Assembly (NCBI GenBank): GCA_964016885.1
Contig: OZ024744.1
Coordinates: 66,836,001-66,900,000, forward strand
Origin: Eledone cirrhosa
Lineage: Eukaryota
Reading direction: 5' to 3'
DNA: 64,000 bases
Shown: one piece after another, positions 53,354 to 64,000 of the stretch
How positions within the stretch are numbered: position 1 is the first letter of the stretch
Layout of the letters: each line of letters begins with the position of its first letter
The notes under the pieces: generated by a model
What the model saw: only the letters and a program-made list of their open reading frames with translations
Told to the model about the DNA's origin: nothing
Databases searched by the model: none
Translations under genes and position numbers: made by a program

Positions 53354-53920
53354 CTAACATTACATAGGATATCACCTATGTAATGTTAGTGAGCTGAGAA
53401 ACTTCCCTTCCGTAAGATCTCAACTGAGCTGACAAACTTCCCTTCCGTAGGATACACCTATGTAATGTAGTGAGCTGAGAAACTTCCCTTTCCTTCAGTA
53501 GGGTCTCACCTATGTAATGTAGTGAGCTGACAAACTTCCCTTCAGTAGGGTCTCACCTATGTAATGTTAGTGAGCTGACAAACTTCTCTTCAGTAGGGTC
53601 TCACCTATGTAATGTAGTGTGCTGAGAAACTTCCTTTTAGTAGGGTTTCACCAATGTAATGTAGTGAGCTGAAAAAGTTTACTTTAGTAGGGGCTTACCT
53701 ATGTAATGTAGTGAGCTGACAAACTTACCTTCAGTAGGGTCTCACCTATGTAATGTAGTGAGCTGAGAAACTTCACTTCCCTTCAGTAGGATCTCACCTA
53801 TGTAACGTAGTGAGCCGAGAAACTTCCTTTTAGTAGGGTCTCACCTATGTAATGTAGTGAGCTGAGAAACCTTACTTCAGTAGGGTCTCACCTATGTAAT
53901 GTTAGTGAGCTGACAAACTT
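53354..53920. repeat. ~41-48 bp minisatellite (CTCACCTATGTAATGTAGTGAGCTGAGAAACTTCCCTTCAGTAGGGT), ~13 copies
   Basis: Direct tandem repetition, starting at a 15-bp perfect inverted repeat. Confidence 0.9.
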
Positions 53921-54734
53921 CGATTAACTTCAATCAGTAAACAGAAACTATTTCTAAGGTTGTTTAAGATCTAAAAAAGAACAAGCAAGGAGACATTCAG
54001 TAATATCAACCACACAATTTGGAAAATGAAGATGATGCAGATAGGATTATACCATGATTTCTCGTAAATCTCAGAGTAGTTCAGATGAAGATTTTGCAGT
54101 AAGGATGAAGCCAGAGTTAACCATGATTTCTCGTATATCTCATAGTAGTTCAGGTTTTGTGTTCTTTATCTTTAAAGTTCCATTTGGAAACTTTTATAAA
54201 TTTTTAAAGAAATTTATTCAGAGAAAAGTAATCTATTTTTCTTCAAGTTCAGCTCTGTTGAGTGGCTTTTATAATTTTCCTATAATTTCCCGTTTCCCTC
54301 ACCCTCCTCTGGGGAAACGCCATCTCTATTCTGCCTGCCGGGGCTCCGGGGCGGCCAGTTCACCGGAGCTGCGGGGCAGCCAGCATGTAGGCCCCCATTT
54401 GCTCATAATAGTGAGAGATGGGGAGAGCGAGAGAGACGGAGGCAGTGACAACGGGAATTTGGTTCCTTTGTGTTCGGACCTGGTGTATATGGTTCACGGT
54501 GTGTAGGGTTAATTACCTTAATCTATCTGTATGGCTGTCCATTTACGAAGTATTTTCAAATAAAATAATCTCCTATTTATGAAGGGAGTCATTTGTTTTT
54601 ACTTTATACATCTAGGAAGTCAGTCATACGCAAAAACGTTCTGCACCATATCTGAGAAAATGGCTATCAGACCAATTGTCAAGATTTACTCACCATCGAC
54701 ACTCTGTGCCTTTCCTTTATGTTTTCTAGTGTTA

Positions 54735-55285
54735 CTACAAAGTTTGGGTATCCGTTGGCAGGACTATGCAACAAACGTGGAAATTCTCAAGAGGGCTGAT
54801 ATCACAAGCATTAAGAGCATGTTGATGCTGAGACAGCTCTGCTGGTGGGTCATGCCTCGCTCATGAACGACTCTAGGATGCCAAAGGCAGTTTTCTACGG
54901 TGTACTACGTTAAAGTAAATGAAACCAAGGGGAACCCCGAAAACACTTCAAGGACCAACTCAAGCGCCAGCTGGTCCAAGGCAATATTGACCACAGGGAA
55001 TAGAAACACCTGTCAGAAGACAGAGAGAAATGGAGAGCAACCATCAAAACAGCTCAGCCAACTTTGAGGAGGGCAGGAAGGCTGCAGCTGAAGAAAAAAC
55101 ATCAAAGAAGAAAGCTGTCCGCCAACCAGCCCCCAACTGACCAAGTACACTCTTGCCCCAACTGTACCAGAGCCTGCGGGTCCATGATTGACATCTACAG
55201 CCACCTCAAAGTGCGCCACCGCATGGAATGGGACAACAATTTTCCCCACTGATCTTCGTAAGTGAAGAATTGGCCATTCATTCTT
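54735..55285 (+). mobile_element. RTE-clade LINE 3' portion with C-terminal C2H2 finger
   Basis: LGIRWQDYATNVEILKRADITSIKSML..RMPKAVFYG..PRKHFKDQLKRQL..DREKWR..HSCPNCTRACGSMIDIYSHLKVRH. Confidence 0.85.
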
Positions 55286-57015
55286 ACTCACAAGAACTAG
55301 CAAACTGTACCAGATGCAATCAGCCAGTCTCTTTTATCTAATCTTTCCTGTGTCTCGCCTATCAAACACCCATCTAAAATCTTTTCTCCAGTCATTTCTC
55401 CTCAGAAGGGCAGCCGTTATCTAAACTTTAATAGAAGATATCAACAAATACAGAAATCAGATTTCATAAACTTATGAAGTATATATTATCTTGAAATCGA
55501 TGATGTTCCAAAAAATTAGATTTATATTCTAATTCTCATACACCATTCAGCTTCAAGTATTTTCTTACAATACTTTATTCTGGTCATATTTCAAACACGT
55601 AATCAATCATCAACAAGTCATCAACAAGTAATCAATGACTTCAACAACCTCGCTAAGCTCACGCAACAGTTCAACAATTTCATTATAGTCAAAGGTTGTG
55701 TACAAAAAACAAAAACAAAAAATAAATTTCCACCGAAGAACTTTCTGATCTCTTGAGTTCAAATTTAGTTACGAACGAAGTCTTTTTTTCCCCTGCATAT
55801 TTCAAATTGATAATTTTACTTTCAAAGAAATGTAATCTATTTTAGTTTAAAATTTAATGTCATCGTATTGAAATTAAAATAATATTTTTATACCAAACTT
55901 AATATTTCAATATTATTTTATATAACCTTTTTAAAGCAATTTTTATAATTACTTAATTTCGATAAAAATAGTTTGGATAGTTACTGGATCCCGATGAAAA
56001 TCATATATAATTAAAACATATAGAACTGTTTATTTTGAATAGTTCAAAAGCGAAGTAGTTTCTAGCTTTATAGAGAAAGACCTAGGTTTTGATATGCTGT
56101 TTGGATTTCTTGTCGTTGCTTAGAAGTAAGCTTGGTTTTCACCTAACAGCTTTACCTCTCCTCCACATATTGCATTTTTATTGAAGTTTGTAAATTTTTT
56201 TTTTAGCTGCATTAGTTGGGTTGCAAAATGCAGACAACGCATTGCTCCATAGTCTGGTTTACTCTCCACATATGCAAATGACAGAGTCAGTCCTAGAGAC
56301 CATAAATAGCTTTCAATAATAGCCAAAATAGCTTTCGATCATCCCAGGTGGTTGAGTTCTTTCCATTGAGCCTACAGTGTTTCTGAATCAGGAGGGTGGT
56401 CTTAGTTGGAGAAAAGCCTTTCTCGAGCCTCTTTGTCCAAAGCTGATGCCCTGTCTCCTCTCAAGATGTTAGCAGTGGGTTGATCATACTTCAAAAATCT
56501 TTCACTTGGGTTTCAGTCTGGGGTTGCCGTTTATGGAGATGGTATTTATCTTTTATCACTAACAGTATTTGACAAACAACATTCCGTCTGATATCTAGTC
56601 CCCAAACGGAGCAGGCATACTCCACAGAGGTATATCACAAGACCAGAGGAGTAGATTGTAATGTGTGCATTCTTGGCTTTCCATCTGGAGTCGGTTAGTC
56701 TCCGTACAGTGTTATTTTGTGAAACAAATTTATCTATTTTTATATATTCCTAAAGGAGTAAGTGTGATTTAGGGTTGCTCCAAGGTAGATAGAATGGGAA
56801 CATTAAGCAAATGGTGTTTCAGACCATTTGAAGTTAAGGGGTCGGTTGGCTTAATGATTCCTGAGGTGGAATGAGCAGACGAGACTTCGCGGGGGACTGG
56901 ATTGTAAGTGGATATGCATAGAGTAAAGGAGTAGTTCGTTTATGGTGAAGGTGGGGTTTACTTCTATTTCTCAAAGCATAGTCTTTTAGGATATTACACA
57001 GAGATCGTTGACATA

Positions 57016-57182
57016 CAGTGACATTCCGTTATAACGAAATTTACGGGTGTAAAAAAATTCGTTGTAACGAAAATTCTTTGCAACGAGATCGACCGAAACA
57101 AATCAAGCGTTTGTTTGTTATCACCTTGGAGATTGAAAAATATTTCGTTATAATGGTATTCGTTATAACGGAATTTTACCTA
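57016..57182. mobile_element. Tc1/mariner (pogo/Tigger-like) MITE
   Basis: TA|CAGTGACATTCCGTTATAACGAA ... TTCGTTATAACGGAATTTTACCT(A)|TA inverted termini. Confidence 0.75.
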
Positions 57183-57662
57183 TACATGAACTGCTCAGTC
57201 GTCTTGTCCAATCGTTGGTAATTGATGTTGATATTTTATAGTAGTAGAACCAATGCACTACATTGTGGTAAGCCATTCCATTGTCATCGCCAGCGGCTTT
57301 ACTTATTATTGAAAACATCAAAAGAAGCATCCATCTTTCAGAAGAGCTCCAATGGCGTCTGTCAGTGACAGGTTTTTCGTCAACTCCATGATCTTTTTCA
57401 GAAAAATACCATAATTCATGGTGTCATCCGTTACGGAAAGATCAATAATAACATCTTCTCTTATTAGTTTTTTTTCTGTAACCATCTTCAATACACAAGG
57501 TAAGATTCAGAAGTTGGCTTGCTGTATATTTCTATATTTCTCATGTGGTATTTTCTACGAGAGTGGGCATGCTCTCAACACGAGGACAAGGGTTTTTAGG
57601 TCAACATTTAGGGATATCGTAGTCATTTTTGGCATTTACATTATATATACTATTGTAATTAT

Positions 57663-57855
57663 AGGGCAGTGGGTTGGCAGTATCGGTAGAGGGTCGGACG
57701 CCATGCTTTCCAGCATAGAGTTACGTCTCTTTACGGACTGAGTTCAAATCCCGCCGAGGTTAACTTTGCCTTTCATCCTTACGGGGTCGATAAAATAAAG
57801 TACCAGTAATGTACTGGGCAATTGTTGACCTTGTGCCAAAAGTAGAAACAATTAT
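57663..57855 (+). mobile_element. SINE family S1, full-length
   Basis: Complete head, core and tail. Confidence 0.9.
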
Positions 57856-58559
57856 ATTTACTATTGTATTTTAGTAGTAAAGGCGTTATCTCACATAACT
57901 ATCTCACATAATATCTAATCTGAGATTTTGATGATGTTATAATTTATTTTGAGAACAATACGTTAACATCCGTATGAGGGGCCGGTTACGGCCAGTTTGA
58001 ACAGAAAGAGATGAGAGAATTCTGGCCGGATACGGCTGGTTTAAATGCTAAAGGGTTAAAGGTCGTCATTGACATCTCTTCTTGTACAAGACTGAAAAGG
58101 AACGTTTGGTATTTATTGAGCTTCTGGGCATCATAATCTTTCAACTATAATTGGAAATATTTAATAGAATTTGCAGATAATTCCAAGTTCTACTTGACGT
58201 GGACCGCAACACGAACGCTTCTACTCTGATTCCTGTTTTGGCTATACATAAGATGTGTGATCACCACAAAAGATAATTAAAAATTAAATACGCCTTTGAA
58301 GGTTTCTGCTGTGTTGTTCAGGTGTAAGGAGGTTTTGGTGTTCAGTGTTTCTTTAATATGTGTTGTGTATGTGTTTTTGTGTTTTTAAAAGAGGTTGTTC
58401 TCTTCTGACTGGAGGGAGATATTAAATGTATGAAAGACAGTTATTTAAATACGTCTCATATCCACATCCATCATGAATATTAAAGTATAACACAATTTAG
58501 CGAACATATAACTGTATTAGCAAGTTAGGAAGTGTCATCAGCAATGAAAACAAAGAGAA

Positions 58560-58830
58560 TATTCATCCACAACGTAACAATTCACCAACTAATCATCAAT
58601 GAACTAGTTATCCATCATTGCTATATAACGTAAACTATAATTGACATCACTCGATCTTTGATATACGTCGATGAATATTTATAGCATTTAGAATCATCTA
58701 TGATTTTTCCTATGCTGTGTCAATGTTAATCATACTGTACAAGTAGTTCTGTGATATCAACAATTTCACGTTCATATTTGCTTTGGATTAAGGAATCATT
58801 CCTGTCAATAATGGAATCTGGTCGAAACTA
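58560..58830 (-). mobile_element. Possible highly decayed Penelope RT fragment
   Basis: Minus strand FIDVYQRSSDVNYSLRY resembles the PLE motif xTDVYRKPTDTxxYL. Confidence 0.3.
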
Positions 58831-59210
58831 TTTTTAAGTTTGAAAATCAACGCAGCTCTTCTGGTACTGCGGATATCTGGTCATATGGTCAAAATGTCTA
58901 AAAAAAAGAATCGAATCGCTGGGCAGATTTTACAATCAAAGGCAATCGACGTTAGACCCAAAAGGTAGACTATGAGTATGTTGGTTGGATAACATTCATA
59001 ACGTCGGTTGGTCTCGCTTTGAGGATCCAGCTGGATCATTTGGAGATGGTTGCTCCTGATAGGAGCCTCAGAAAGACTTGTCTACGATCCGACACTCTCA
59101 TGAATAAGTGGGCGAAGTAGAAGAAGAAGAAGAACAAGAACAAGAACAAGAACAAGAACAACAACAACAACAACAGTAACAACAACAACAACAACAGCAA
59201 CAGCACCGCC

Positions 59211-59250
<40 letters not shown>

Positions 59251-59297
59251 GCACTACCACCACCACCACCACCACCACCACCATCACCACCACCACC

Positions 59298-59329
<32 letters not shown>

Positions 59330-59405
59330 CAACAACAACACCACCACCACCACCACCACCACCACCACCAACAACAACACCACCACCACCACCACCACCA
59401 CCACC

Positions 59406-59438
<33 letters not shown>

Positions 59439-59851
59439 GCTATTCCAAGGATTTTCTATTCTTCTAAGATTAGGCATAGCGTTGAGAATGTGATGGTGCA
59501 TTGTCTTTCATTGATCTGAAGAAAGAGGGGAAAAAGAGGAGAAAGAAGGGACAAAAGTGAACATAGTCATTCCTGTTATTCATAGGGTGAATTCAAAACA
59601 ATCGATGTATGTAAGGACATCATGAACAAGAGGAATATATGGAAGTTATTGAAGTAATATTAGTTGAAAGTTTTGTTGACGTGAAGGACGCAATTTTCTT
59701 TTCTCGAAGTTCTCTGGCTTTGATGTAAAAGAACAGAATTTCAAGATAGTTGATTCTAGAGAATCTATACAGGTGTTTACTGAGAAGGGAAGGAAACTCA
59801 TTGTGATAAAGTGTATTGTTATTTATGACAATTTCCCTTGATTTTTATATA

Positions 59852-60064
59852 CAGGGTATTTACAAAAAACACTTCTTGATTTCAAATACTTATAATATCA
59901 AAGCTTAAATGAATATTCTTATAATATTGGTGGCTACAGTTGCATAAACTAACAAAGTTTATTTCCTCATTTGCAGAATTGATTCAATCCGCTAGATGGC
60001 AGTGTAATTCAAGATACCGTCTGCTCAACAACAACGTAGCTGGTGTGTTTTTGTGGTCATCCTG
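59852..60064. mobile_element. Tc1/mariner MITE
   Basis: TA|CAGGGTATTTACAAAAAACAC ... GTGTTTTTGTGGTCATCCTG|TA. Confidence 0.7.
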
Positions 60065-60149
60065 TATTTAAATGCGATAGGTCATCAATATTTACATGTC
60101 AGCATTAAAACAAAATATTACTAAATTTAAGCAATTATGCTTAAATTAT

Positions 60150-60345
60150 CAAACTATCGGTTGCTCTCCGATAAGTTTCTCCTCGAACCTGTAGGAGTGG
60201 AGACTTCTGGCATTTTTTTTATCTCCGGCCAATCTCCCTATGCACTACTATTAGAGTGGAGTTACCCACCTGCGGAAGCGAACTCTGCTAGTTGGAATGG
60301 CTGTTCCAACGCATCTCTCTCGCCATACTCCAGGGCAACGTTTTC
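60150..60345 (+). mobile_element. CRE-like non-LTR retrotransposon C-terminal (REL endonuclease) remnant
   Basis: YRLLSDKFLLEPVGVETSGIF ... WLFQRISLAILQGN matches the CRE pattern FxPxAVETxG ... LFQRISxAIQRGN. Confidence 0.75.
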
Positions 60346-60892
60346 TCCCGCTGTGGCAACATTTTCTATCCGCTTGAACCACGAGGCGGCCTACATCTGG
60401 GCTCCCGTAGACCAACCCCCCTCCCCCCCAACACAGACACCGTTAGAACACGCATCATTGGGATAGCGATCTTACGACAGTACTAAAAATGTTTTTTTTT
60501 TCCTCATATTTTCTCTTCTAAAACTCATTTATTTCATGGATGTATCTTCATGTATTTTTCACGTATTCAAAGCTGTATTACAAAGTTTGGCTCCCTCTTC
60601 ACAACCGAAAGATACTAAAGCTAAGAAATTACAAAGCCGAGCTGAAATGGATATACTTACCACCGAGAGACGCATGCTCAAGCTTTTGTTATTTTCCACT
60701 ACTTGTATGTATGTCCCCTAACTTCTGCTAGAGTCGTAGAGGCGCTGTATTGACATACAGCGTTTCTTGGGCATTTTAAGTCTGGCGGAGCCCATCCCTC
60801 TCCAGGCCTGGGTACAGCAGATTTCTTCCAGAGAAAGATAGAAAGTGAGAGAGAGAGGAAATGAGAAAGAGATATAGAGGAATAATGGATCC

Positions 60893-61038
60893 CAATACTT
60901 GACTGCTATTTTTTTTTATCGACCTTGAAAGGATGAAAGGCAAAGTTGACCTCGGCGGGATTTGAACTCAGAGAGCCGAAATGAATACCATAAATCATTC
61001 TATCAGACGTTCTAACGACTCTGCCAATTCGCCGCCTT
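60893..61038 (-). mobile_element. S1-related SINE
   Basis: Reverse complement of the head, B-box and core. Confidence 0.8.
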
Positions 61039-61300
61039 TCCAGCACATGCAAAGAAGAAAAAGCTGCCCATTGACACTTTCCGAATTTCAGCTCATTTTA
61101 AAATTATGTTCATGAGCATGATTCAAGTGAGCTTCTACGTGGTTGCTTTACCTGCTAGAAAAAGCAGTTCAATTTCCCCACTGCTTTAAAAGGAAAGGTC
61201 ACATTGGGAAAAAATGCATGAAAAAGACATATTGGAGGATATAGACGGAAATAGCCATGAAAACAAAAATGGCGATGGATGGCTAAATATTATTTGATTA

Positions 61301-61492
61301 CAGGGCGGTGGATTGGTAGTATCGGTAGAGGGTCGGACGCCATGCTTTCCAGCATGGTTACGTCTCTTTACGATCTGAGTTCAAATCCCGCCGAGGTTGA
61401 CTTTGCCTTTCATCCTTACGGGGTCGATAAAATAAAGTACCAGTAATGCACTGGATAATTGCTGGCCTTGTGCCTAAAGTAGAAACAATTAT
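61301..61492 (+). mobile_element. SINE family S1, full-length
   Basis: Complete head, core and tail. Confidence 0.9.
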
Positions 61493-61843
61493 TTGATTAT
61501 AGGTCTGCTTAATTAGGGTTACTCTAGGGATACATGCACACAAAAGTACACACGCGAGCGCGTATATATACAACCACATACTTGTACACGCTCGCAGCAG
61601 CAACACTTAACCAACAATAACAACACCACCAACAACAACAGCAGCAACATCATCAACAACAATAAGAATAACAACAACAGCAGCAATAACAACAACAACA
61701 GCAACAATAACAGCAACATCAGCATCAACAACAATAACAACAACAACAGCAAACCAACAATAACAGCAGCAAACCAACAATAACAACAACAGCAAACCAA
61801 CAATAACAACAACAACAACAACACTGTCACCGCCACCACCACC

Positions 61844-61917
<74 letters not shown>

Positions 61918-61967
61918 CAACAGCAACAACAACAACAGCAACAGCAGCAGCAGCAGCAGCAGCAGCA

Positions 61968-62012
<45 letters not shown>

Positions 62013-62099
62013 GCTGCTGCTGTAAAATTTGTTATTTCTACCATAACGCTCTTATCATTTACGAATGTGACTTTTAGGCAGCGAATAACTAAAAAAATT

Positions 62100-62952
62100 G
62101 CGAAAGCAGAGTTGTTAGAGATACGGATAAAATGCTTAGCGGTATTCATTTAGATTTCCTGCTCCCTGATTTCAAATCCTATCGAGGTCAAGTTTGTCTT
62201 TCATTCTTTCGAGGTCCATGAATATATTGCATGTCCAGTATTAGTGTTAATTCTTTCTCACATTATTTCACAGTCAATAAATAAAGTACCAGTAATACAC
62301 TGGTTTATTGCTGGCTTTGTGCCAAAAATAGAAACAATTATTTCACAGTCTCGGTTACGGCCCTCGCCATTCTGAGTTCGAATCCCGCCGAGGTTAACTT
62401 TGCCTTTCATCCTTACGGGGTCGATAAAATAAAGTACCAGTAATGTACTGGGATAATTGCTAGCTTGTGCTGGCCTTGTGCCAAAAAGTAAAAACAATTA
62501 TTTCACACTCTCAAGGGCGGTAGACTGGCAGTATCCGTAGAGCGTCGGACACCATGCTTTGCAGCACAGAGTTACGGTCAGAGCTCAAATCCCGTCGTGG
62601 TTAACTTTGCCTTTCATCCTTACGGGTTTGATAAAATAAAGTAGCAGTAATGTACTGGTGTCGATTTAATCGGCTTTCCACTCCCCCCAAATTACTGGCC
62701 TTGTTGTGCCTATACTAAAAATCATTATTTCACTCTCTCAAGGGCGGTAGATTGGCAGTATCGGTCGAGCGTCGGACAACATGCACTTTGTAGCATAAAG
62801 TTACGGCCCTTTACGTTCTGAGTTGAAAATACCGCCGAGGTTAGCTTTACCTTTTATCCTTACGGCGGGGTCGATAACATAAAATACCAGTAATGCACTA
62901 GGGTTCGATTTAATCCCCTTCAAATTGCTTGCTTAAAGTAGAAACAATTATT
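62100..62952 (+). mobile_element. Cluster of about 5 S1 SINE copies or fragments
   Basis: Repeated core and tail motifs, each followed by ATTATTTCACA(C/G)TC. Confidence 0.85.
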
Positions 62953-63681
62953 TCACACTCTCTTTTGCCACCAGAAAGCAAGGCATGCTAAAGACGAGGC
63001 ATGGTAAGTCATACTAGATTTATATTACATCTCTCTTATTCTCTCAATAATGTACTTAACTTTTTCTCTTCTTGTAATCCCACTGTTTCACCTTTCAGAC
63101 ACTGCACTAATACTCAACCCAATCCTTCCTTTTTAGATATACATTCTCTGATAAAACTCTCCCTCTCTCTCTCTCTCTCTCTCTTTGCCCCTCCCCCCCC
63201 CCTCACCTTTCTTTCTCTCGATCTATCTGTCTCTCTATCCTTCTAAGTAAGTAAGTGCTTTCTCTCCAGCGAGAGCAACGTCCAAATTAAGAATCAAGTA
63301 CATTGGACCCCTACCAAGTTATTTCGGCTCTCCGGGAGAATCTAAGAAAAATATTTCCTCTTCAAGCCAATAAACAACAATAACAACAACAACGGCAACA
63401 ACAACAGCAAAAAAAAACAAAAAAAACAAACAAAAAACTAAGCAAAAAAAACAAAACAAACAAAACAAAAAAAACATTTCATTTACTATATGACTACATT
63501 TTTTTCAATCTAGTAATACAAACATACATTTCATACCATTAATAATTGTTCCAGAAATAAAAATATGTTATGTCAATAATACAAAATATAATGATAGACA
63601 CCAATATATTTTGAGTATATTATTCAAAATACATACATACATACACACACACCCACCTACATACACACACATATATATTTA

Positions 63682-63719
<38 letters not shown>

Positions 63720-64000
63720 AACATAGATATATATGTACATATATATATATATATATAAAGATGTCTGAAATATCGTGTGCTTTTAGGTCATTTAAGTACG
63801 TGTAACACGGAAGATAGTCTCGTGCAAGGTAAATAGATTTGAATTTGATTTTCAGATAATCGATGTAATCTTAATCTACTAATTTGTTCGCATCTCACTT
63901 AACTTCCTCTAACTGATTTGTTTTACTTAATGAGAAAATATACAGATTTAGTCCAAATATATATACAATCATATAAAATATATCATTTATATTTTTATAA

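Noticed and set aside
53354-53920. CRISPR-like periodic repeat
   Set aside because: No unique spacers, no cas genes, eukaryotic context; it is a simple minisatellite
56100-57640. Possible decayed non-LTR retrotransposon on the minus strand
   Set aside because: Composition looks formerly coding, but I could not read a diagnostic motif; needs BLASTX/HMM
63285-63370. HHR-like motif on the minus strand (TTGAAGAGG...CCGAAA...GTA)
   Set aside because: Core and stems I/III are too degenerate to support

Overview
AT-rich, microsatellite-saturated eukaryotic DNA; the SINE types, TTAGGG telomere motif and repeat landscape suggest an invertebrate, most likely a cephalopod such as Octopus (inference). 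Almost all of the window is transposon-derived. The only convincing host gene is an intronless, divergent tetraspanin ORF (8308-9081, +). Main structures: (1) many type I hammerhead ribozyme (HHR) motifs in Penelope-like (PLE) remnants sitting in (TA)n tracts, including a 4-copy ~475-bp tandem array with one minimal HHR per unit (21054-22867, retrozyme-like); (2) three head-to-tail Tx1/L1-clade LINEs (35.9-51.2 kb, minus strand) whose junctions all fall in (GATA)n/(GA)n, with conserved splice-site-like motifs; (3) a 1.7-kb interstitial (TTAGGG)n array with a TTAAGA variant, an 8-bp flanking direct repeat and a downstream degenerate (CCCTAA)n tract; (4) Helitron coding remnants and non-autonomous Helitrons, some joined head-to-tail; (5) many tRNA-derived SINEs, RTE, CRE and Gypsy fragments, MITEs and minisatellites. 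Most ORFs in the supplied track are microsatellite artefacts. All calls were made by eye; boundaries of degraded elements are approximate.
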